Shown here: positions 29,757 to 38,039 of the stretch, piece after piece
How positions within the stretch are numbered: the first letter of the stretch is position 1
How the letters are laid out: each line of letters begins with the position of its first letter
Origin: Candidatus Bathyarchaeota archaeon
GTDB lineage: Archaea > Thermoproteota > Bathyarchaeia > 40CM-2-53-6
Assembly: GCA_963733055.1 (NCBI GenBank)
Contig: CAVTBR010000003.1
Span: forward strand, 224,001 to 288,000
Direction: 5' to 3'
DNA length: 64,000 nt
Notes under the pieces: model-generated
The model's input: only the letters and a program-made list of their open reading frames with translations
What the model was told of the DNA's origin: nothing
Database searches by the model: none
Translations under genes and position numbers: made by a program

Positions 29757-30720
29757 TTAGCTGTCTCCTCGAACCTTCTGGTTTAAGATTGGTCTAGTTG
29801 ACTCTGACAATCTCATCGTGGAGGAGAGAATCCACCCGAGACCTAGAACAAACTTTGTCATACCGCTGAGGTATAGTCGGGCGGTTAGGAGTTCATGGCG
29901 CCTGATACGGACAAGAGAAAAGTGAGCAAGAGTTAGCCAAGTCATAATCAACGGTAATATCCCGAGGTTCGTAAGAGTGTGCGCCAGATTGTTCCTCACC
30001 ATGATGGGCATGACCTTCGTGGCGGAGGGATCCTCTGTGTATGTAGCGTGTATTTCGTGCCTTACAATTGCACTCGGGCAAGTCCATATTTCCCATCCAA
30101 GTTTACGTATCCTCTCGGCGAGGTCGGTGCTTTCTGCGCCTGCGAAATAGGTCGGGTTAAACAGGAAAGTTCTGGACAATAGGTCTCTACGAAACATAAA
30201 TGCGGCGCCATCGAAAGCTTCTACGATAGTGGGTTTGTCAAACTGGCCCTTATCCACCTCTAGGTAACCGATATTTGCATATAGATTGGCATTTTTGCTG
30301 AACCTCCTCATTCCCACCGAATTAATTGAATTAGAATCTTTGATGAGCACTTTTGGCACAACCACTTTGCAGCGGTCCCCGTGGCTGTTGAGAGCGCAGT
30401 ATGAGTTCGGATATCGTGTTTGATGCCAGCCTAGTGTCAGGGTTGAGGACGAATATGACCTGACCCGTAGATCGAGCCACACCGAGATTGTTTCCTCCTG
30501 TATACCCTAGGTTCGACCCACTGCGGAAGTACCGAGCTAGGCTTTCCTCAGCAATTGCGCGCACTTCGTCGTTACCTGCGTTGTCGACGATCACCACTTC
30601 AAAGCTGGCAAAGTCTTGTGTCCTCAACGACGCTAACAGTTTCTTGATTAATCGTGCGTCGTTGTAACTAACTATTATTAGGCTCACGAGTGGGAGTTTC
30701 GACAACCCTATCTCATTCAA
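29757..30720 (-). CDS. Family 2 glycosyltransferase (apparent 1-nt insertion at 30398)
   Basis: IIVSYN, VDNA, NLGYTGGNN, LNPD then GAAFMFRR and AESTDL; removing one T gives SELIRALNSHG. Confidence 0.85.
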
Positions 30721-30982
30721 GTTGGCCCAATCCGCATAGCTGGATGCCCATTTCGAACATACCTCTCGACCGATTTCAGTCTATCCTGAACTGATCTGTT
30801 TTCCTCAACAATTCGAAAGGCCCAATTCTAAATCTAACGCTGTACAGTCGAGCGCTTCAGGATACTTCCAAGCTACACTTCTCTCCATCACTCATGGCGT
30901 ACATCTGAACTTGTCCCCTTCCACTTTGTCCACATACAGCCCTTCTCTTAGACAATAAATAATGGAGGAACGGGAGCCGTAC

Positions 30983-31705
30983 ATGTGTAAATATCCGAAC
31001 GCCTCGAGTTATGAACGAGTTCAGATGCAACTCGGAATCTTGGAGTTCTTCATTAACCACACAGAGCCCTCCGATTTCAACGACAAACGTATCCTCGAGG
31101 TAGGCAGCAGATATGTGAACGGCAGCGTTCGTCCTTACATCCTCAAATTCTCCCGACCGGAATCGTACGTTGGCGTCGACATTGAGGAAGGAAAATTCGT
31201 TGACATCGTATTGGATGCCGAAAAGCTTGTCGAACGCTTCGGTGAGAACTCGTTCGATGTTGTGATCTCCTGCGAGACCGTTGAGCACGTCGAGAATTGG
31301 AGATTCGTATTTGAGAACCTCAAACGTGTCTTAAAACCAGGTGGGCGCCTACTTCTTACGACTGTCACCCCAGGATTCCATCTTCACGGATATCCCAATG
31401 ATTATTGGCGTTATGAACGAGGCGACATGAATCAGATTTTTTCTGATTTTCAAATTTCGGTACTCCTTACCGATCCAGAAACCTATGGAATTTATCTTAA
31501 GGCTTTGAAACCCACGACGTGGAAGCCCAATGACTTATCCAAGATTCACCTTTACTCGATGGACCGTGAGAAAGAATTCGCCCAAGAGTTTCACGTGATT
31601 AGCATTCGAGTGAGAGAGAGATACCTACGTATAGTGCGGCCCCTGTATCGACTCGTGATCCCAAGAAAGAGGAAGCGAGAAAAGCGCGTAGGCGAACACG
31701 CTTGA
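30983..31705 (+). CDS. Class I SAM-dependent methyltransferase (possible in-frame intron near start)
   Basis: ILEVGSRYVNGSVR, GVDIEEG, FDVVISCETVEHV, LKPGG, HGYPNDYWRY. Confidence 0.88.
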   Translation: MCKYPNASSYERVQMQLGILEFFINHTEPSDFNDKRILEVGSRYVNGSVRPYILKFSRPESYVGVDIEEGKFVDIVLDAEKLVERFGENSFDVVISCETVEHVENWRFVFENLKRVLKPGGRLLLTTVTPGFHLHGYPNDYWRYERGDMNQIFSDFQISVLLTDPETYGIYLKALKPTTWKPNDLSKIHLYSMDREKEFAQEFHVISIRVRERYLRIVRPLYRLVIPRKRKREKRVGEHA

Positions 31706-31717
31706 ATGTTGAGGGAA

Positions 31718-33019
31718 TCAAGCAAAGTCATTAGTTCGGAAATGAACAGTGCGTGGAACTAACCGTATGATCAGTAGGGTTATCACAGCACTGAAGACAC
31801 TTCTGATCGGCACCGAAAGGCCTCCGGTTAAAACCATTCCGAAGAGGTTTAGGCATTGATTGCTTAGCCCCTGAAGCGTTACGTTGTATAGGGGAATGAA
31901 CAAGAATGCGACATTCTCCTTACAAATATACGCTCCCTCCTGAACCAGTATCCAGAGAAGCCCAGATAGGGTAAGCACTATCGTCAGTATCCTGTAACCC
32001 TTGCCGCGAGCAATCTGAATTAATGCCAGCGCGATTCCATATATCAGCATAGACGGCCACACCCACGAGAACGCGGTGTACACCAAGAGTGGAGCTGATA
32101 CCAGACCGGGAAAACGTGACTCATTTGAGCGACCAGTTATCAGTGCAAGGATTACAACGTATGCCAACGTTGTCAGAGCAATAGCGTTTTCAGGGTACTC
32201 AGTTCCATGCAGTTGAAGCACTGAGCCGAAAACGTCCAGAGCCTCAGGAACATATAGACCGGGCCTACCTTGAAACAACGCAATCGCGTCTGGCCGAAAG
32301 ACAGTCAACCAAGTTAGAAGTGGTATGAATACAACAGCGATTGGTACGGTTGTGGCTAGTACCGCCGTCCATTCCCTCGCTCTCACTGCTCTTACGACCA
32401 GAAACGGTAGAGCGATGAAGGCCAACAGCCGCATCAGACCCGCGACTATTAACGAAAATGCTGCCGCGCCGTACTTCTTTCTCTCAGCCAAAAATGCCGA
32501 AAATACCACAAACATGAGCGGAATAGTGTCGACGTCATTCACATTACCAAGTATCAACGTAAGCGGATTGAATAGCCACGCTGAAACTGCGAAGTATATT
32601 CTGTTCTTGCTAGCACCTGATTGAAGGAGCATTTTGTAAAATAATATGGCGATGACCGCGTCGGCGATTAGAGAGGGTAGTTTCATGATGAGAACGAAAA
32701 GGATTGCACCAGGCGTGGGTTGGAAGTATGGGGGCACTCCATATGGAGGGAATGTTACGAAGCTTAACGGATCTGGGTGTGATATCGGCAAATGCAGCCA
32801 AAGGGTGTAGAGTGCCGTAAACATGAATGGAGGGAGGGTGTAGATTCCGAGTATTTGGCCGGGTTGGTAATAGAAATTGATTCCAATGAGGTACCAGCTG
32901 TGCCAATCCGGGGACAAGGGAGCAGCCACCGCATATGCAATGCGCACAACCATTCCGCCGACGAGGACAGCAAGTAGACGCGGATCGAATTCTCTTATGG
33001 TGGCAAAATTCATTCTCAT
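31718..33019 (-). CDS. Polytopic GT-C-like (lipid-linked sugar) glycosyltransferase
   Basis: MKLPSLIAD, WLFNPL, DVDTIP motifs, many TMs. Confidence 0.7.
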   Translation of the reverse strand: MRMNFATIREFDPRLLAVLVGGMVVRIAYAVAAPLSPDWHSWYLIGINFYYQPGQILGIYTLPPFMFTALYTLWLHLPISHPDPLSFVTFPPYGVPPYFQPTPGAILFVLIMKLPSLIADAVIAILFYKMLLQSGASKNRIYFAVSAWLFNPLTLILGNVNDVDTIPLMFVVFSAFLAERKKYGAAAFSLIVAGLMRLLAFIALPFLVVRAVRAREWTAVLATTVPIAVVFIPLLTWLTVFRPDAIALFQGRPGLYVPEALDVFGSVLQLHGTEYPENAIALTTLAYVVILALITGRSNESRFPGLVSAPLLVYTAFSWVWPSMLIYGIALALIQIARGKGYRILTIVLTLSGLLWILVQEGAYICKENVAFLFIPLYNVTLQGLSNQCLNLFGMVLTGGLSVPIRSVFSAVITLLIIRLVPRTVHFRTNDFA

Positions 33020-34266
33020 GCCGCCACCAGCGAATCCGCTGAATCGGCAGAGTCTCGATGGAGACTTTCAACTTTAGAAGACCACAACAAGAGCATCGAC
33101 AATAACATGAATCCCGTAAGCAAGGTGCGGAGTGTTGGTCTCAGAACTAAGTCGATGAACTGACTTGAAAGCAGAACGTTAGCCCATTCTGTACTTCGGT
33201 TGAAGAAGAGCAGACTCCACCCACTTGAAGTAGTAAATCCATCCGCGGTAAGGAACCCCAAAGTGAATGATGTGAGAAGAATCAAGATGAATAACGGAAG
33301 GGTCCTTTTGTGTTCTATGTTTGCGATTACGAAGAGAGGGATTAGCCAGAGTATGTATTCGACTTGGAAGTCTAGGAATGCTACGTATGCGAGGAGAGCG
33401 AAAAGAGCAATCGTCAGGGGCCGTCGGTATAGTTGGGGTCGAAATTCGTACGCTAGAAGATAGGAGATGACGACCGCGAAGGTTGCTAGCCCGATGAAGT
33501 CCGGCGTCACGGCTATACCATACAAGCTTTGAGTACCGAGTATAAACTCGGTCGTGGCCTGCGTGTAATAGGCCTCCGAGAACGGAAACTGAGACCAGAT
33601 TACGTAAGCGACGAGGCCCAACACAGCGAACACGGAGGAGATCAAGATTGCCACCCGCCTAGAGCCTGCAATTCGACTGGAATACAGAAGCGCGGGAATT
33701 GTGACGAGTGGGAACAGTTTCAGAGCGATCCCGGCGGCCACTGAAGCCGCGCCGAGAACATGTTTCCGCTTAATCACAAGCAGAAGACCAAGCATTATGG
33801 CTGCTACGGGAATCACGTCAACGGCTCCCATCATCTCGGTGACGAAGATCGCGTAAGGGTTTGCGAACCACAGCAGCGCAACGACGTATGGCCGACTCGT
33901 CATCGGCCACAAGAGTTTACCGAGCTTAAACAGGATGAACGCGATCAGCATGTCGGCTGCAATTAGTGGGAGTTTCACCAACAGTACGAGCAGTTGGAGA
34001 GAAAACGGAAGCAGAACTGCTCTATTTGTCAAAAAAGTTTCGAGGTCGGGATGATCAATTGGCAGGGAATACCACAGGCCGAGAGTTGCATTGTTGAATC
34101 TCCCCCAGGGGTTGCTTGAGTCAGGCGATCGAGAATAGCTCTGCACTTCGAGATAGTATACGACGGGCATACTGGGCGGGGTTGCCATAGCAAGAATCAC
34201 TTTGATGGCGACCAGAGCAACGAAGAGCACGACTATGAGCCTGGTTTTTCGCGGTAAAATCAACAA
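33016..34266 (-). CDS. Polytopic GT-C-like glycosyltransferase, paralog of the neighbouring gene
   Basis: VKLPLIAAD, WFANPY, GAVDVIP, ALKLFP, EYILWLIP; shares LW..LPI.HPD with the neighbour. Confidence 0.7.
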   Translation of the reverse strand: MLILPRKTRLIVVLFVALVAIKVILAMATPPSMPVVYYLEVQSYSRSPDSSNPWGRFNNATLGLWYSLPIDHPDLETFLTNRAVLLPFSLQLLVLLVKLPLIAADMLIAFILFKLGKLLWPMTSRPYVVALLWFANPYAIFVTEMMGAVDVIPVAAIMLGLLLVIKRKHVLGAASVAAGIALKLFPLVTIPALLYSSRIAGSRRVAILISSVFAVLGLVAYVIWSQFPFSEAYYTQATTEFILGTQSLYGIAVTPDFIGLATFAVVISYLLAYEFRPQLYRRPLTIALFALLAYVAFLDFQVEYILWLIPLFVIANIEHKRTLPLFILILLTSFTLGFLTADGFTTSSGWSLLFFNRSTEWANVLLSSQFIDLVLRPTLRTLLTGFMLLSMLLLWSSKVESLHRDSADSADSLVAA

Positions 34267-34343
34267 GATCGCCTTCTAAATGCCGCTGAAAGTCGTCTTA
34301 GTTGTACGTATTTTAAACTAATGCGCAATAGGAGAGGCTATCC

Positions 34344-34496
34344 GCCCGCCCAGGTGTTCCTCAGCACCTGCACCTGTTCGACCACCAAGCCGAAGGTGCG
34401 GCCGACCCATCTTCCAGGATATGTACCTGTTCCCGGCGGGATATGGTCATATCCCCTGTCGGCTGAATTCCAGAACGCGGGAGCGATTGGGACGGC
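34344..34496 (+). ncRNA. Candidate structured RNA / nadE leader
   Basis: Begins about 25 nt after TTTTAAAC (34311-18); three strong hairpins inside a possible closing helix. Confidence 0.45.
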
Positions 34497-34538
34497 AAAA
34501 CCTTTCTTGCAACAGGGTAGGTAATCGCGTCGATTGCA

Positions 34539-36221
34539 TTGCCTCGAGTCGCGATGGCTCAGATCAATTCTACCGTTGGGGATCTTGAAGGCAATTCTCA
34601 AATCATTCTTGAATATGCAAGGAAGGCTGCTGAAGCGGGCGCCGACCTTGTGGCATTTCCCGAGATGGCCATAACGGGTTATCCGCCGCTTGACCTTCTG
34701 CCTCCTCGAGAGACCCGCCCTCCAGGAGGTAAAAGGAAACCAGAGCAGGAGGATTTCGTTCGCCTCAACAAACAACACATGCTTGAGTTATCAAAGGAAA
34801 TTCGATCAATTACAGCCGTCGTGGGATTCGTTGATTACGACGAATCTAACCTATTCAACGCCGCGGCGGTGATCAATCAGGGCGAGCTGACGGCGGTTAT
34901 TCACAAGAGCCTGCTCCCAACGTATGACGTGTTCGACGAGCAACGTTACTTCACCCCCGCCTTTGTGAACGAACCGGTGACTGTCGAGATCCAAAGCCGA
35001 CAAGTGTCATTGGGAGTGTCGGTTTGTGAAGACCTCTGGGATGAGGAAGTGGGCTATGGGGTCAAGGTCGTTGATGCTCTCGCTGAGCGGGGTGCACGGA
35101 TGGTCGTGAACATTAACGCATCCCCGTTTCACGTCGGTATGCGCGAGACAAGATTGAATATTATGAGGCGAAAGGCAAGGCGTCTAGGCGTTCCGATCTT
35201 CTATGTGAACATGGTCGGTGGACAGGATGAGTTGGTTTTCGATGGGGAAAGCCTCGTCGTCGACGGCAGAGGTCGTCTGATAGGGGTTGGTAGGCAGTTC
35301 GAAGAAGACCTTGTCATAGTCGAAATTCCCACAGACCGCGAACCCATCGAGCTTCAACCACCGGCACGAGTGGCTGAGCAGGAAATGTTCGATGCACTGG
35401 TGCTTGGCGTAAGAGACTATTTCCGAAAGACCGGGTTCGGCACCGCGTATACTGGGCTCAGCGGCGGTATTGACTCGTCACTCGTAGCTGTGATCGCTGT
35501 TACGGCGTTAGGTAATGAGAACGTAACCGGTGTTTCAATGCCCTCACGCTACTCCAGTAGCCACAGCAAGAACGACGTGCGGGTGCTTGCCGAAAATCTA
35601 GGAATAGAGTTTCTCACGATACCCATCGAACCGATATTCGCTGCCTACCTTGGCCAATTGAGGGAGCCGTTCAAAGACCGCGCTCCTGACGTGACCGAAG
35701 AAAATCTCCAGTCACGGATTAGGGGGACTCTGTTGATGGGTCTGTCCAACAAATTTGGCGGGCTCGTCTTGGCTACCGGAAACAAGACTGAGCTTGCGCT
35801 AGGCTATGCGACATTGTATGGCGATATGAGCGGCGGCCTCGAAGTAATCGGCGACGTGAGCAAGATCGAAGTTTACGCGCTAGCACGATACTACAACGAG
35901 AAGAGCGACCGTGCAGTGATCCCTGAAAATTGCTTTAGCAAGACTCCATCTGCAGAACTGAAACCCGACCAGTTTGACCCATTCGACTATTCGGCAGTAT
36001 CGCCGCTCGCCGACGACATTATCGAGAACCGACTATCCAGAGGTGAATTGATCAAGAAAGGCTACGATGAGAAGGTGGTCGATGACTGCTTGCGCAGAGT
36101 CAGATTAGCCGAATACAAACGGCGTCAAGCTCCACCGGTCATTAAGATAACTAAGAAGGCGTTCGGCTTAGGATGGAAGATGCCGATCGTGAACAAACTT
36201 CCAGTGGACAAGCCTGTTTAA
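34539..36221 (+). CDS. nadE: Glutamine-dependent NAD+ synthetase
   Basis: Nitrilase domain (FPEM, HKSLLP, VCEDLW) + LSGGIDS, ENLQSRIRG, TGNKTE, TLYGDM, PSAELKPDQ. Confidence 0.95.
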   Translation: MPRVAMAQINSTVGDLEGNSQIILEYARKAAEAGADLVAFPEMAITGYPPLDLLPPRETRPPGGKRKPEQEDFVRLNKQHMLELSKEIRSITAVVGFVDYDESNLFNAAAVINQGELTAVIHKSLLPTYDVFDEQRYFTPAFVNEPVTVEIQSRQVSLGVSVCEDLWDEEVGYGVKVVDALAERGARMVVNINASPFHVGMRETRLNIMRRKARRLGVPIFYVNMVGGQDELVFDGESLVVDGRGRLIGVGRQFEEDLVIVEIPTDREPIELQPPARVAEQEMFDALVLGVRDYFRKTGFGTAYTGLSGGIDSSLVAVIAVTALGNENVTGVSMPSRYSSSHSKNDVRVLAENLGIEFLTIPIEPIFAAYLGQLREPFKDRAPDVTEENLQSRIRGTLLMGLSNKFGGLVLATGNKTELALGYATLYGDMSGGLEVIGDVSKIEVYALARYYNEKSDRAVIPENCFSKTPSAELKPDQFDPFDYSAVSPLADDIIENRLSRGELIKKGYDEKVVDDCLRRVRLAEYKRRQAPPVIKITKKAFGLGWKMPIVNKLPVDKPV

Positions 36222-36261
36222 TCAAGAAATAAGAAAGAAAGGGTGAGAGCGTTTCGCTCTC
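36222..36261 (-). terminator. Hairpin plus U-rich tract terminator
   Basis: GAGAGCG/CGCTCTC stem (36245-36261) followed on the minus strand by TTTCTTTCTTATTTCTT, between convergent genes. Confidence 0.55.
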
Positions 36262-36285
36262 CAGACGATTAGGCTCTTACAGGTT

Positions 36286-37038
36286 TCAGCGGTGGTCGTG
36301 CGAGTACCACTCGTAGCAGCTTACGTAGTAGTAATTTCCGTTGTAGTAAACGATGGCTTGGCCGTTGTAGCAGCCGCTAACTTGCTGGTAGCTCGGATAG
36401 TACGAGTAATAGTATGATGGATAATAGTAGTAGTAATACCCGTTGGAGTAGTAATAGTACATCGGATAACCATTGTAGTAAGACGGGTAAGATTGGTAAT
36501 AGTTAGACGGGTAGGAGGGGTAAGTCGGCGAATTATTGTACGGGTATGAGGGAGTTGAGTAGCTGTTCGAGTGTATTGTTACCGTTTGCGAAGTAGAGCC
36601 CACAGCTGAGCCATACTGTCCGTTGTTGTAGTTGTTGTAGACCGTGATTGATATTTGCAGGGTATGTTCCACCACCGATGATGGAAGCGTGAACACTAGT
36701 TGGCCGCCATTGTAACCGCCGTTCGCGTTGACTACGCCGCTCGCGGAGCCTACGTTCGTGTTAGCTACTGTATCGTACGCGTTGCCAACCGCCCATAGTG
36801 ATCCGCCCGCATTCTGACAGCTTGCTGAGATTGGTAATGTCAGCTGTATGTTCCAGGAACTAGAGGAACCATATGAGTTCGATCCATTGTTCTGTGTTGT
36901 TGCGCTCGCAGAACCAACTTGCAATGAGCAATATGACTGAGCGAAGACTGAGCCGCTTGCACCTAAGGCAGCTAATGGGAGAAGAAGAGCCAATGCTAGG
37001 AGTACACCATATCGCGTTTTCAAGATTCGCTTTGTCAC
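36286..37038 (-). CDS. Secreted protein with beta-sandwich domain and tyrosine-rich low-complexity tail
   Basis: Signal peptide ending VFA-QS; tail with YYYYSNGYYYYYYPSYYYSYY. Confidence 0.8.
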   Translation of the reverse strand: MTKRILKTRYGVLLALALLLPLAALGASGSVFAQSYCSLQVGSASATTQNNGSNSYGSSSSWNIQLTLPISASCQNAGGSLWAVGNAYDTVANTNVGSASGVVNANGGYNGGQLVFTLPSSVVEHTLQISITVYNNYNNGQYGSAVGSTSQTVTIHSNSYSTPSYPYNNSPTYPSYPSNYYQSYPSYYNGYPMYYYYSNGYYYYYYPSYYYSYYPSYQQVSGCYNGQAIVYYNGNYYYVSCYEWYSHDHR

Positions 37039-37190
37039 CTCACGGGCGCTACTCCAAGTAGCATCCCGTAATGCGCGCTTCATACGGGCGGTTAAACGTC
37101 GTTCCACCAGTTCCACCTCTAGTCAGTATTGTCGCTGAGGTAGAAGGAGCTTGCGCGACAACGACTCTCATAATCACCGAATGGCGACCG

Positions 37191-38036
37191 CTACAAGAGT
37201 CTCGCTGCGATCATTTGGATTCTACGACTTTGTTCTCTCATGACGAATTCTCTAAGAGGTGGGTCGAATGGGGAAATGAACGGGTCCTCTGACCCTATTT
37301 GTGACTGAACGTACCCTCGCAGCATGTTGACTGAACCTTTTACTCCAATCGATCTGACCAGGGCGTTCTTTGAGATTCGGCCTAACGCATAGAGGGGATG
37401 GTAGCCGAGGGTACCCATGGCCGCACCCCAATACGCAAACTGGTGGGTAGTCCCTCTCGGGCGAACATGTTGGTATTGTAGATCGTTGAAAGGCCGAGTC
37501 TCCAGGCCCTTCATCGCGGCGGTGTACAACAGCCAAGTTTCCCACCCTGCCCTGACCGGATACTGACCGCCCACATCGACCCAGAAACTGCTCTTGATCA
37601 TTCGGCCGCTCCCTGAAACCGCGTGTTCCCGAGTACGGGCACCAGCGGATGAGGGTAGGCCACTGGCGACAACGAGTCGCTCGTTTGATTGCATCCTTGA
37701 AATTAGCGCTTCGGCGTAACTGGTGGGATAGGAGCAATCGTCTCCGCTTATCATGAAGAAGCCTGTTCGGAGGCCGGTTTCGGCGTTTTGTTTCCATGCT
37801 AAGTTGATGTTGGATGGGACGCGCCTGATGTCGTATCCCCTGTTCGGCAAGGTCAACATGTTAATCGTATTATAACGCTCTTTGTAGTTCAGGGCAATTC
37901 GTCCGGTTCCGTCCGTCGAGCCGTCATCAACGACAATTACGCGCTCGGGTGAAATGGTCTGTCGCAGCAGTGAATCGAGAGTAGGGGGAAGGTGTTGGTT
38001 GGCGTTTCTGGCGACTACGATGACCCAGTAGCTCAA
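37191..38036 (-). CDS. Family 2 glycosyltransferase
   Basis: VVARN, VVDDGSTD, SGDD, GSGR, GWE motifs. Confidence 0.85.
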   Translation of the reverse strand: MSYWVIVVARNANQHLPPTLDSLLRQTISPERVIVVDDGSTDGTGRIALNYKERYNTINMLTLPNRGYDIRRVPSNINLAWKQNAETGLRTGFFMISGDDCSYPTSYAEALISRMQSNERLVVASGLPSSAGARTREHAVSGSGRMIKSSFWVDVGGQYPVRAGWETWLLYTAAMKGLETRPFNDLQYQHVRPRGTTHQFAYWGAAMGTLGYHPLYALGRISKNALVRSIGVKGSVNMLRGYVQSQIGSEDPFISPFDPPLREFVMREQSRRIQMIAARLL

Positions 38037-38039
38037 ACC

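Noticed and set aside
34400-34493. HDV-like ribozyme (G-U-closed P1 GGCCGAC/GUCGGCU and 3' GCGAUUGGGAC)
   Set aside because: No recognisable P3/L3 (UYCxCG) or P1.1; resemblance is partial
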